64,000 nt of DNA, taken from the NCBI GenBank assembly GCA_963793265.1, contig CAWBZI010000004.1:32001-96000 (forward strand), given 5' to 3'. Of this stretch, positions 52,367-60,802 are shown piece by piece (position 1 is the first letter of the stretch; each line of letters opens with the position of its first letter). Under the pieces are notes generated by a model. That model saw only the letters and a list, made by a program, of their open reading frames with translations. It ran no database searches and was not told where the DNA came from. Position numbers and translations under genes: made by a program. This DNA comes from an uncultured cyanobacterium (GTDB lineage: Bacteria > Cyanobacteriota > Cyanobacteriia > Phormidesmidales > Phormidesmidaceae).

Positions 52367-53604
52367 ATTGTTTTAAAAGTAATGGGTAAAGACTTTAATC
52401 CTCTGAGGGTGATGCTCTCTCGCCAGTCTAGATGATCCGTATTTAAGGAAATGTCGCAGCAGCGCTCTACCAAAGACTGAATCGCGATTTGCCCTTCAAT
52501 GCGAGCGAGGGCCGCGCCGAGGCAGTAGTGCATTCCGCCCCCAAACGGCAGATTGTTGAGCTGGCGCGTCCAGTCTAGCTGGTCAGGATTTTTGCAGTAG
52601 TCAGGATCGCGGTTGGCCGCGCCCAAACAAACAATTACTTTCTCTCCTTTCTTGATGGTTCTATTGCCTAGCTCAATATCTTCGCTAGCGAGCCTGGCTA
52701 GTACCTGTACTGGGCTGTTATAGCGCAATAGTTCTTCTACCACCGGGCCGATTTTATCAGGATTATTTCTAACAAATTCAATCTCGTCAGGCTGCTGTAA
52801 TAGCGCCAGTATGCCATTGCCAATCAGGCTTTTGGTCGTTTCTTGCCCAACGATAAACAGCATGATACAAAAGCCAAGAATTTCATCCTGGCTCAACTTT
52901 TGGCCCTGATCACGAGCCTGGATCAACTGACTAATCAGTCCGTCTGTCAGCTCAGCTTCTTGCTGCGCAATCAAGTCGCGCAAGTATTCTCTCGCTTCGA
53001 TAGCGACCTGATTTTGCCTTTGGTAGCCTTCTAACGACATAGGCTGATCGAATACAAAGAAGAGATCGTTCGACCATTCGCTGAGCTTGTGAGCGTCGCA
53101 ATCAGGCACACCGATGATGCGAGCGATTACCATGGCAGGCAGTGGATTAGCCAGATCGCTCATCACGTCCATTTGCCCCTGGCTGGTGGCTTGCGAAATG
53201 AGATCGTCTACTAGCGCCTGAATGCTAGGTCGTAGTGCTTCGATGCTGCTGAAAGAGAATGCTTTGCTGACTAGCGATCGCAGCCGCTTATGATCGTCCC
53301 CTTCTTTAAAAAATAACCATTTGCCGATGGTTTGAGAGAGTGGATTTAAGTTGTCGGGTTCAAGAAAGCGATTTTTTTGCTGCAAGCGCTCTGGTAAATC
53401 ATCTACAGCAAATCGAGGATCTTTTAGGACGAACTGAGCGTCTTCATATCGGGTGATAATCCATGCGCTGAGAAAGCTCCAATGCACCGGGTCTTCTCTG
53501 CGTAAGCGCTCGTACGTAGGGTAGGGGTTGGCGTGAAACTCTGGTGAAAAGGGGTTGAACTTTACGGGAGTGGAAAGCACGGGTAGTAGGCTTGTATTGA
53601 ACAA
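52363..53604 (-). CDS. Cytochrome P450 (CYP107/BioI-like)
   Basis: NPYPTYERLR, I-helix VGQETT, ExxR EELLRY, heme motif FGGGMHYCLG. Confidence 0.92.
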   Translation of the reverse strand: MFNTSLLPVLSTPVKFNPFSPEFHANPYPTYERLRREDPVHWSFLSAWIITRYEDAQFVLKDPRFAVDDLPERLQQKNRFLEPDNLNPLSQTIGKWLFFKEGDDHKRLRSLVSKAFSFSSIEALRPSIQALVDDLISQATSQGQMDVMSDLANPLPAMVIARIIGVPDCDAHKLSEWSNDLFFVFDQPMSLEGYQRQNQVAIEAREYLRDLIAQQEAELTDGLISQLIQARDQGQKLSQDEILGFCIMLFIVGQETTKSLIGNGILALLQQPDEIEFVRNNPDKIGPVVEELLRYNSPVQVLARLASEDIELGNRTIKKGEKVIVCLGAANRDPDYCKNPDQLDWTRQLNNLPFGGGMHYCLGAALARIEGQIAIQSLVERCCDISLNTDHLDWRESITLRGLKSLPITFKTI

Positions 53605-53652
53605 ACGGGTTAATGACTTAGATTTAATAGCTTAGATAAGGGCTAAGGGCGA

Positions 53653-55752
53653 TTACTGCGCGGATGTAGCTCGGTTGAATAAGTACTGACTGAGCACTTC
53701 AATGTTGGGATATTCCCAGAACAAAGTGGGCTCTAGGTGGCAGCCTAACCAGTCTGCTAATTCGCCAGTTAAACTCATTGATACCGACGAGTCGAGTGCG
53801 TATTCAGAGAATGAGACTTCAATGTCGATATCGTCTGGATTTTGCTGAGTTGATTCAGCAACTTTGTCAATTAGCCAGTCCTGTATTACAAACTCGGTGA
53901 TTTCTAGCCTCTCGCTGTTTTTGACGGCTGGCGCGTCTGTTGCAGATTTTATGGACGCTTGAGATTCGACTGGCAGTATAGTTGGTAGTTCGTCTATAGG
54001 TGCTGTAGTCCCGACCCACTCACCTACTGTTTGTAGTGCGCCTGTTGTGAAGGCTGTTTTGCACGCCTGGCGCTGGACTTTGCCGCTGGATGTTTTGAGC
54101 AGGCTGGCGGTTTTTATGAGCGCGATCGCATACACCTGAATGTCGTGCTGCTCGGCTACGGCCTGCCGAATCGCACTGGCGATCTGATCGCAATCAAAAT
54201 TACGTAGGTGAGTACGTTCAATTTCTTGAACGATGACCAGACGTTCTGCGCCCTCGACTTCTACCGAAAAAGCGGCCCCGCACTCCGGCCTTAGCGCTTC
54301 GTGACTCTGCGTGACTGTTAGCTCAATATCTTGCGGGTAGTGGTTGCGGCCCCAAATAATGATGGCGTCTTTGATGCGTCCGGTGACAAATAGCTCGCTG
54401 CTTCTAAGAAATCCTAAATCTCCGGTGCGAAGGAAAGGCCCCTGTGGCGGTACGTCTGCTTCGTGACTGGCTAAATAGGCACCAAACGTTTCTTCGGTTC
54501 GTTCTGGCTGCTGCCAGTATCCTTGCGATATGCCAGGGCCAGCGACCCAGATTTCTCCGACCTGATCAGGCTTACAGCGCGTTTTCTGCTGTGGATCGAC
54601 AATGGCGACGCGTGTGTTTAAATGCGATCGCCCGCATCCTACTAAAACGCGGGTGGCTGATTTTGATAGCCCATCAGCTTCGACAATTCGATGACGCGCC
54701 AGTTCATCGGCGCTAACTTCAATGAAAACGGGGGGCTCATCTACGCGCCCGCCAGTGACCATTAGCGTTGCTTCTGCCATGCCGTAGCAGGGATAGAAGG
54801 CGTTGGGGCTAAAGCCACAGCAGGCGAACTTGGCTGCAAACGCATCCAAGGTTGGCTGGCGGACGGGCTCAGAGCCGCTGTAGGCACTTTCCCAGCGGCT
54901 CAGGTCGAGCTGGGCCATCGCTTCGGGTGCGATTTTTTGAGTGCATAGCTCGTAGCCAAGGTTAGGGCCGCCGCAGTGGGTCGCTTGGTAGTCGGAAATA
55001 GCCTGTAGCCATCGTATAGGCTTTTGGATGAAGCTGCCTGGCGACATGAGCACGCCTAAGAAGCCTGTGTATAAAGGCTGGATAATGCCGTCGATGAGGC
55101 CCATGTCGTGAAAGCTGGGTAGCCAGGTGACCGAGACGCTTTTGGGTGAGAGGGCGAAGGCGGTTTGAATGTATTTTGAGTTGTGTGAAAGGTTGTCGTG
55201 GCTGACAATGACGCCTTTGGGTGAGCCGGTGGAGCCCGAGGTGTATTGGATGAAGGCAAGCGGCTGGCTGTTCGGGGTTTGCCAGGTTTCGATTAGGCTG
55301 GTGCGCGCTGCGGTGGGGATGCTGGCGACTGTATCGGTGGCTATCCACGCTAGCTTTGAGAGGGGCGAGTCAGTGGGAATTTGCTTGTTTATTAGCGGCT
55401 GTACGCTGCTGTTGGTGAGGGCAACTTTGGCCTGAGAATTGGCTGTGATCGCTTCTAACCGAGTAGTTTTTTGACTGCGCCGGGGCAGCGCTGCTGGCAC
55501 CGCAATGACACCTGCATACAGACAGCCGAAGAAGGCTGCAATGAAGTCTAACCCTTGAGGATAGAGGAGCAGCGCTCGGTCGCCGCAGTCTACTGTGGCC
55601 TGCAATTGAGCAGCGATCGCTCTGGCTTGCTGGTCGAGTTCTGAGTAGGTGATGTGAATGGCATCTGCTTCACCATCAATCAGAAAGGTATAGGCTTTTT
55701 GGTTGGGCTGATGTTGCGATCGCCAATGAAGCACGTCTGATAGGCTGTCCAA
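53653..55752 (-). CDS. Fatty acyl-AMP ligase fused to ACP
   Basis: QYTSGSTGSPKG, WLPSFHDMGLI, CYGMAEATL, FAAL-type insertion before LVGCG, RTGDLG, KTSSGK; C-terminal ACP with LDS; true start may be ATG 55768. Confidence 0.92.
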   Translation of the reverse strand: MDSLSDVLHWRSQHQPNQKAYTFLIDGEADAIHITYSELDQQARAIAAQLQATVDCGDRALLLYPQGLDFIAAFFGCLYAGVIAVPAALPRRSQKTTRLEAITANSQAKVALTNSSVQPLINKQIPTDSPLSKLAWIATDTVASIPTAARTSLIETWQTPNSQPLAFIQYTSGSTGSPKGVIVSHDNLSHNSKYIQTAFALSPKSVSVTWLPSFHDMGLIDGIIQPLYTGFLGVLMSPGSFIQKPIRWLQAISDYQATHCGGPNLGYELCTQKIAPEAMAQLDLSRWESAYSGSEPVRQPTLDAFAAKFACCGFSPNAFYPCYGMAEATLMVTGGRVDEPPVFIEVSADELARHRIVEADGLSKSATRVLVGCGRSHLNTRVAIVDPQQKTRCKPDQVGEIWVAGPGISQGYWQQPERTEETFGAYLASHEADVPPQGPFLRTGDLGFLRSSELFVTGRIKDAIIIWGRNHYPQDIELTVTQSHEALRPECGAAFSVEVEGAERLVIVQEIERTHLRNFDCDQIASAIRQAVAEQHDIQVYAIALIKTASLLKTSSGKVQRQACKTAFTTGALQTVGEWVGTTAPIDELPTILPVESQASIKSATDAPAVKNSERLEITEFVIQDWLIDKVAESTQQNPDDIDIEVSFSEYALDSSVSMSLTGELADWLGCHLEPTLFWEYPNIEVLSQYLFNRATSAQ

Positions 55753-55988
55753 ATTTCTGCTCAGACATATTTTCGGACAGCACTGATATCGAAGGCGAAG
55801 CGTTCATATGTCTAAGCTATTTCTTTAGATTGTTTTATAAGGTTTCCATCATTTCTTGATGAGTAAGACCGTATTAAGCCCTAACAATTGCGCGATCGCC
55901 TATCAGCTTGCGTACATTCACGAGATCGCTAATCACGTATCATTTGGCTTGTTAGGTGGTTTGTTAGGACTGCGATCATAGCCATAAC

Positions 55989-56023
55989 AAAAAAGCCTTA
56001 TCTACAAATTAGATAAGGCTTTT
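55989..56023. terminator. Bidirectional terminator-like hairpin
   Basis: AAAAGCCTTATCTA-CAAAT-TAGATAAGGCTTTT; separates the 56103-56450 gene from the FAAL upstream region. Confidence 0.75.
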
Positions 56024-56102
56024 AATGCGTAGATAGAGCAAAGCAGCTAAATAAAGCTCTGTTCTATTTTGTAGTTGTTTTTGTTGTGAAACAAACGTTG
56101 GA

Positions 56103-56450
56103 CTATGATTCTATAGCTGCTTTTGCATTTTCAGTCACGTCTTTTGCCATATCCAAATAGTCATCCGGATCGCTGTCTCCGGGGCTATTAATCGCATCGA
56201 CTTTACCGCCGCTGGTCGTTGAGCTTGACTTACCGGCTGTTCCGGCGGCACCCTCTTTGCGATTTACAGGATTAGGATCGCTCGACTGCGTGCCTGAGCC
56301 GTTCTTGTTTGCCTGAGCAATGTCGTACTCTTTATCGAAGTTGGTTTCAGCAACGTCTGTTTTCGCTCTTTCTGAGACAGCTTCATCGCTGCTGCTCATA
56401 TCATCTTTGAGCTGGTTGGCTTCTTGAGGGATGTTGTTTGGATCTGCCAT
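56103..56450 (-). CDS. Small hydrophilic, probably disordered protein
   Basis: 115-aa D/S/G/K-rich ORF with GGAGG RBS and a downstream terminator. Confidence 0.7.
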   Translation of the reverse strand: MADPNNIPQEANQLKDDMSSSDEAVSERAKTDVAETNFDKEYDIAQANKNGSGTQSSDPNPVNRKEGAAGTAGKSSSTTSGGKVDAINSPGDSDPDDYLDMAKDVTENAKAAIES

Positions 56451-56601
56451 AGGGCCTCCACTAATTACTTTCTTTATTAACTTACGGCGTTTCGTTGGGC
56501 CTACACATATCTCTGACGGCGTAGGCCGCGCCTGCTGATAGGTATAAATATTGTGGTTTTGGAGCGCTAGACTATAGGTAGGTTTAAGAAATGTAAAGCA
56601 A

Positions 56602-58110
56602 ATGGTGAGTAGCGTAGCGCAGCAGAAAGTAGTAGTGATTGGAGCCGGGATTGGTGGCTTAACGGCGGCGGCGCTGCTAGCGCATCGGGGCTACGGTGTG
56701 AAGGTGTTTGACCAGGCAATTGTGCCGGGGGGCTGTGCGTCTACGTTTAAGCGGCGCGGATTTACGTTTGATGTGGGGGCAACTCAGGTGGCTGGATTAG
56801 AACCTGGGGGAATTCATTACCAGATTTTTGAGGAGCTGGGGATTGATCTGCCGCCTGCGAGCCATTGTGATCCGGCCTGTGCGGTGTTTTTGCCGGGGGA
56901 GAATGAACCGATTAGCGTGTGGCGCGATCCGGCGAAGTGGAAGGCAGAAAGGGAACGGCAGTTTCCGGGGAGTGCGCCTTTTTGGAATTTTATGAAGGCG
57001 CTCTTTGACTATAGCTGGCGGTTTCAACAGCGTGATCCGGTGCTGCCACCGCGTAGCCTGTGGGATATTTGGCAGTTGTCCGCGGCGGTGCGGCCCGATA
57101 CGCTATTGACGGTGCCGTTTACGTTTTCGACGGTGGGTGAGATTTTGCGAGGGTATGAGCTGTACGATAATCGGCGGCTACGGACGTTTTTGGATATGCA
57201 GCTAAAGCTGTATTCGCAGACGACGGCGGATAGGACGGCGGTGCTATATGCGGCAACTGCTTTGGGGGTGTCGCAGGCTCCGCACGGGCTGTACCACTTG
57301 AAGGGGAGTATGCAGGTTTTAAGCGATCGCCTCCACCAGTCCCTAGAAGCAAACGGCGGCGAACTCCACATGCGCCATACTGCCGAGGCCATTGAAATTG
57401 AAAACGGCAGACCTACTCAAGTGAAGATCGCTAGCCGAAAAGGAGAAAGCTGGATAGAAGAAGCCGATCATGTTGTCGCTAACGTTACAGTGCAAAATCT
57501 GGTTCGCTTGGCGAAAGACAATAGAATGAAGGGCTACGAAAAAAGAGTGGGTAAGCTTGAGCCTTCTTCGGGTGCCTTTGTAATTTACTTAGGGGTAGAA
57601 CAAGCTGCAATTCCTGAGAACTGCCCGCCCCATCTACAGTTTATGTATGATTATGACGGGCCAATTGCCGAAAATAATTCTCTTTTTGTCTCGGTAAGCC
57701 GCCCAGGAGACGGACGTGCGCCGGAAGGTAAAGCGACGGTGATTGCCTCTTCTTTTACAGAAGTGCAGCAGTGGTACGACTGTGATGAGGCGGCATATAA
57801 GGTGATGAAAGAGAGATATACACAAGAGGCAATCTCCCGATTAAAGAACTACTTCGATCTGCGGCCTGAGCATTTGGTACATGTGGAGGCTGCGACCCCG
57901 AGGAGCTTTGAGACATTTACGGGGCGCGATCGCGGCATCGTCGGCGGCATTGGTCAAAGTGTACCGACCTTCGGCCCATTTGGCTTTGCGACCCGTACGC
58001 CAATCAAAAATCTGTGGCTAGTCGGTGACAGTACTCACCCAGGAGAAGGCACAGCGGGCGTAAGCTATTCGGCCATGACAGCAGTACGACAGATAGAAGC
58101 GGGTGCTTGA
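56602..58110 (+). CDS. crtD: Carotenoid C-3',4' desaturase
   Basis: GAGIGG FAD motif, FDVGATQVAGLEPGG, GDSTHPGEGTAGVSYSA. Confidence 0.85.
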   Translation: MVSSVAQQKVVVIGAGIGGLTAAALLAHRGYGVKVFDQAIVPGGCASTFKRRGFTFDVGATQVAGLEPGGIHYQIFEELGIDLPPASHCDPACAVFLPGENEPISVWRDPAKWKAERERQFPGSAPFWNFMKALFDYSWRFQQRDPVLPPRSLWDIWQLSAAVRPDTLLTVPFTFSTVGEILRGYELYDNRRLRTFLDMQLKLYSQTTADRTAVLYAATALGVSQAPHGLYHLKGSMQVLSDRLHQSLEANGGELHMRHTAEAIEIENGRPTQVKIASRKGESWIEEADHVVANVTVQNLVRLAKDNRMKGYEKRVGKLEPSSGAFVIYLGVEQAAIPENCPPHLQFMYDYDGPIAENNSLFVSVSRPGDGRAPEGKATVIASSFTEVQQWYDCDEAAYKVMKERYTQEAISRLKNYFDLRPEHLVHVEAATPRSFETFTGRDRGIVGGIGQSVPTFGPFGFATRTPIKNLWLVGDSTHPGEGTAGVSYSAMTAVRQIEAGA

Positions 58111-59069
58111 GACTGAAGGGCTACCGAGTTGCTGGGGTATTGAATATTCCAGACTAGGCCAACGTACCTTAAGGCGTTGATGATATTCCAGCTTGGATCG
58201 ATCTGTTCAGGATGCAAACTGAACTTAGCGGCATGAGGAAACGCCTTGTGGTTGCTCTGCCAGCATTCACCCACGGTTAGTAGACCTGTAATCCGGCTAA
58301 GCATAGGTCTTTGCGATTTGCGCGGCTTTTTATAGCCTTTCTTTTTATAGCCTTTCTTTTTATAGCTATTGTGGAGCGGGTGATGCGTTAGGTACTCAAC
58401 GAGCCACTGTCCGGTTGTGCTAACCGCGATGCGCATATAAATTCCCCAAAACACCCAGCTCCAGCCGCCAAAGTAGTAAAAGGCTAGTGCCCAAGGTAGC
58501 TGCTGGAGCATCCAGGTTCGTTCTAGCAGGGTATAGAATCCGTTGTCAGCAATCCTGGATTCGTGGCGAAAAATTGGAGGATAGTGGAGCTGAATACTAC
58601 AGTGCAGGTTCCAAATCCAATCGACTAGGATATTGCGGCGGTTGTTGAAGTAGGGGTGGCAGTTGGGCTGACGCTGTGCCCAGTCGCGCAGGTCGTGCCT
58701 TTCGATGAGGGAGAATGGCCCGCCGAGGCCTGCTAAGACGCCTAGATAGACGAGGCTGTTTTCTAGCCACTGGTGACACTCAAAGCTGTTGTGAACGAGG
58801 CGACGGTGAATGCCGACAGAGTATCCTGCGCAGAGGGTAGTGAAGGTGGTGACAACGAAGAGTAGAAAAGCGTCCCAATAAAATGTTTGGTAGCCACCGA
58901 AAATAGCGCCTGCGTAGATGAAGCTTATCCACAGGGACTTGGTAGGCGACCAGTACACCTGGCCGAAAATAGCACTAGAGTGACCTTTGTTAGAATCTAC
59001 TCGGCCTACGGCTGGATCTCCCGTTGCTGGGTTGCCCGTTTTTAGGTCAATTGAATGGGGGCTAATCAT
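58065..59069 (-). CDS. Membrane acyl desaturase-like protein with degenerate His boxes
   Basis: HRRLVHNSF, HDLRDWAQR, GECWQSNHKAFP; TM segments. Confidence 0.75.
   Translation of the reverse strand: MISPHSIDLKTGNPATGDPAVGRVDSNKGHSSAIFGQVYWSPTKSLWISFIYAGAIFGGYQTFYWDAFLLFVVTTFTTLCAGYSVGIHRRLVHNSFECHQWLENSLVYLGVLAGLGGPFSLIERHDLRDWAQRQPNCHPYFNNRRNILVDWIWNLHCSIQLHYPPIFRHESRIADNGFYTLLERTWMLQQLPWALAFYYFGGWSWVFWGIYMRIAVSTTGQWLVEYLTHHPLHNSYKKKGYKKKGYKKPRKSQRPMLSRITGLLTVGECWQSNHKAFPHAAKFSLHPEQIDPSWNIINALRYVGLVWNIQYPSNSVALQSQAPASICRTAVMAE
58326..58366. repeat. 15-bp tandem repeat, about 2.7 copies (YKKKG)
   Basis: CTTTTTATAGCCTTT x2 plus a partial copy. Confidence 0.9.
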
Positions 59070-59212
59070 GACACGTTGGCGCGCTAGCGAGCGCTAAGGA
59101 GAGGGGGCACGCTCTGTCTATCTGTCACCTTCATAATATGTTGATTTTAGTTTGGTGACGAAATAAACTTAACGATTTTTTTACACAAACCTTGCGGATT
59201 GAAATAGGGGCT

Positions 59213-60721
59213 ATGGCGGCAGATAGTTTTCAGCGAGCGTTAGATTTGATCAGTATTGAGATGCCTTTTGAGGCGCTACCGTTGTTAAATGAGACGATCG
59301 CTGCGCAGCCGGAGCGGGTTGAAGCCTATGTGCAGCGGGCAAAGGTGCGGCGTAGGCTGAAGGATAATGAGGGGGCGATCGCTGACTATACCCAGGCAAT
59401 TAAGCTGGCCCCGATGGCGGCGGTGTATCTGGCGCGGGCGCTGGTGTGGCTGAGCTTGGAACAGGTGAAGGGGGCGATCGCAGATAGTCGTGAGGCAATT
59501 AGGCTGGCCCCTGAACTGGCGGGCGGGCATCGGCTGCTGGGGAAGTCGTTAGGGCAATTGGGTGATGGGGAGGGGGCGATCGCGGCTTATAAGCAGGCGG
59601 CGCGATGCTACTTGAATGATAAAGACAAGGAGAATGCGCAGGCTTGTTTGAATGCGATTGGGCCGCTGCAAAGGCTGCCAGCTTTTGAATATGCTCAGCC
59701 CTCGGGCTCTCAACAGTCTACGGGCGGCGCTCGGTCTTTTGAGGGTGTAGACGCTGCGGACTATATGCGATTAGTGCGGGCGAAGTATGACGCGGGTGAG
59801 TATGCGGCGGCGATGAAGGATTTGAACTGGCTGCTGGGCTGCGATCCGACTCAGGTGGATGCGCTGTGTTTGCAGGGTCTAATTCACGCGCAGCTAGGGC
59901 GAAGGGAGCTTGCGGTTACTAATTTGGCGCTGGCGAAGCAGCAAAAGCCTGGCGACCCTGAGGTGCAGTTTTGTCAGGGGCAGATGCGGTTGATTTTGAA
60001 AGATGGCTACGGGGCAACAGAGGAGTTTTCGGCGCTGATTGCTCAAGCTCAGCAGACCCATAGTCCGGTGGCGAAGTATTTTGCAGCTAGGGGGGATAGC
60101 TACCGGCTGATTGGAGATTTGGATGAGGCGTTTAAGGACTATTCAAATGCGCTGGCGATCGATTCTGAGAATGCGGCGCTGTATGAGCTGCGAGCGAAGA
60201 CTCAGCAGTCGATGAATGGGGTGGATGGGGCGATCGCTGATTTTCAAAAGGCAGCGACGCTATGGCTGAATAAAGGAGACTGGCGCAGGCATCAGCGCGT
60301 GGTGGAGTCGGTTCGCGCTTTAAGATCCAAAGGTAGCAGCGACGCTTCGCCGCGCAATAGCACTGTGGTGCCGATCAAACACTTTACGAATCAGCGGCCT
60401 GTGGTGGACGTGCTGTTTGACGGTATCTCTACGTTTGAGATGGTGGTAGATAGAAATGCCACGCATTCTATCGTGACGCAGCGGATGGCGAGCCTATTGA
60501 AGCTGGAGGCAGTGAGCTATCAATATGTGTATTTGTTGGACGGTACGCCGATGGAGCTGTCGTTGGGACGGCTAAGATCGGTGCGATTGGGTGGGGCTGT
60601 GTTTACGGATGTGTATGTAGCGATCGCGCCTGATAGCGCTACGCCGGTACTCGGTAAAGACTGCTTTAGCCCCTATAAGGTGCAAATTAGCGGTAACGAG
60701 CTTATCTTTGTTCGTCGATGA
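59213..60721 (+). CDS. TPR-repeat protein with C-terminal retropepsin-like domain
   Basis: Multiple TPRs (GAIADYTQAI, AFKDYSNALAI); C-terminal PVVDVLFDG..FEMVVDRNATHS...VLGKD. Confidence 0.8.
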   Translation: MAADSFQRALDLISIEMPFEALPLLNETIAAQPERVEAYVQRAKVRRRLKDNEGAIADYTQAIKLAPMAAVYLARALVWLSLEQVKGAIADSREAIRLAPELAGGHRLLGKSLGQLGDGEGAIAAYKQAARCYLNDKDKENAQACLNAIGPLQRLPAFEYAQPSGSQQSTGGARSFEGVDAADYMRLVRAKYDAGEYAAAMKDLNWLLGCDPTQVDALCLQGLIHAQLGRRELAVTNLALAKQQKPGDPEVQFCQGQMRLILKDGYGATEEFSALIAQAQQTHSPVAKYFAARGDSYRLIGDLDEAFKDYSNALAIDSENAALYELRAKTQQSMNGVDGAIADFQKAATLWLNKGDWRRHQRVVESVRALRSKGSSDASPRNSTVVPIKHFTNQRPVVDVLFDGISTFEMVVDRNATHSIVTQRMASLLKLEAVSYQYVYLLDGTPMELSLGRLRSVRLGGAVFTDVYVAIAPDSATPVLGKDCFSPYKVQISGNELIFVRR

Positions 60722-60802
60722 TACCTTTTGTATCAAAGCCCACTGGTAAAAATCTGATAGTCTTAAAGGTACCTTCTGTAAGTTTCGATTAGGAAACCTG
60801 TC

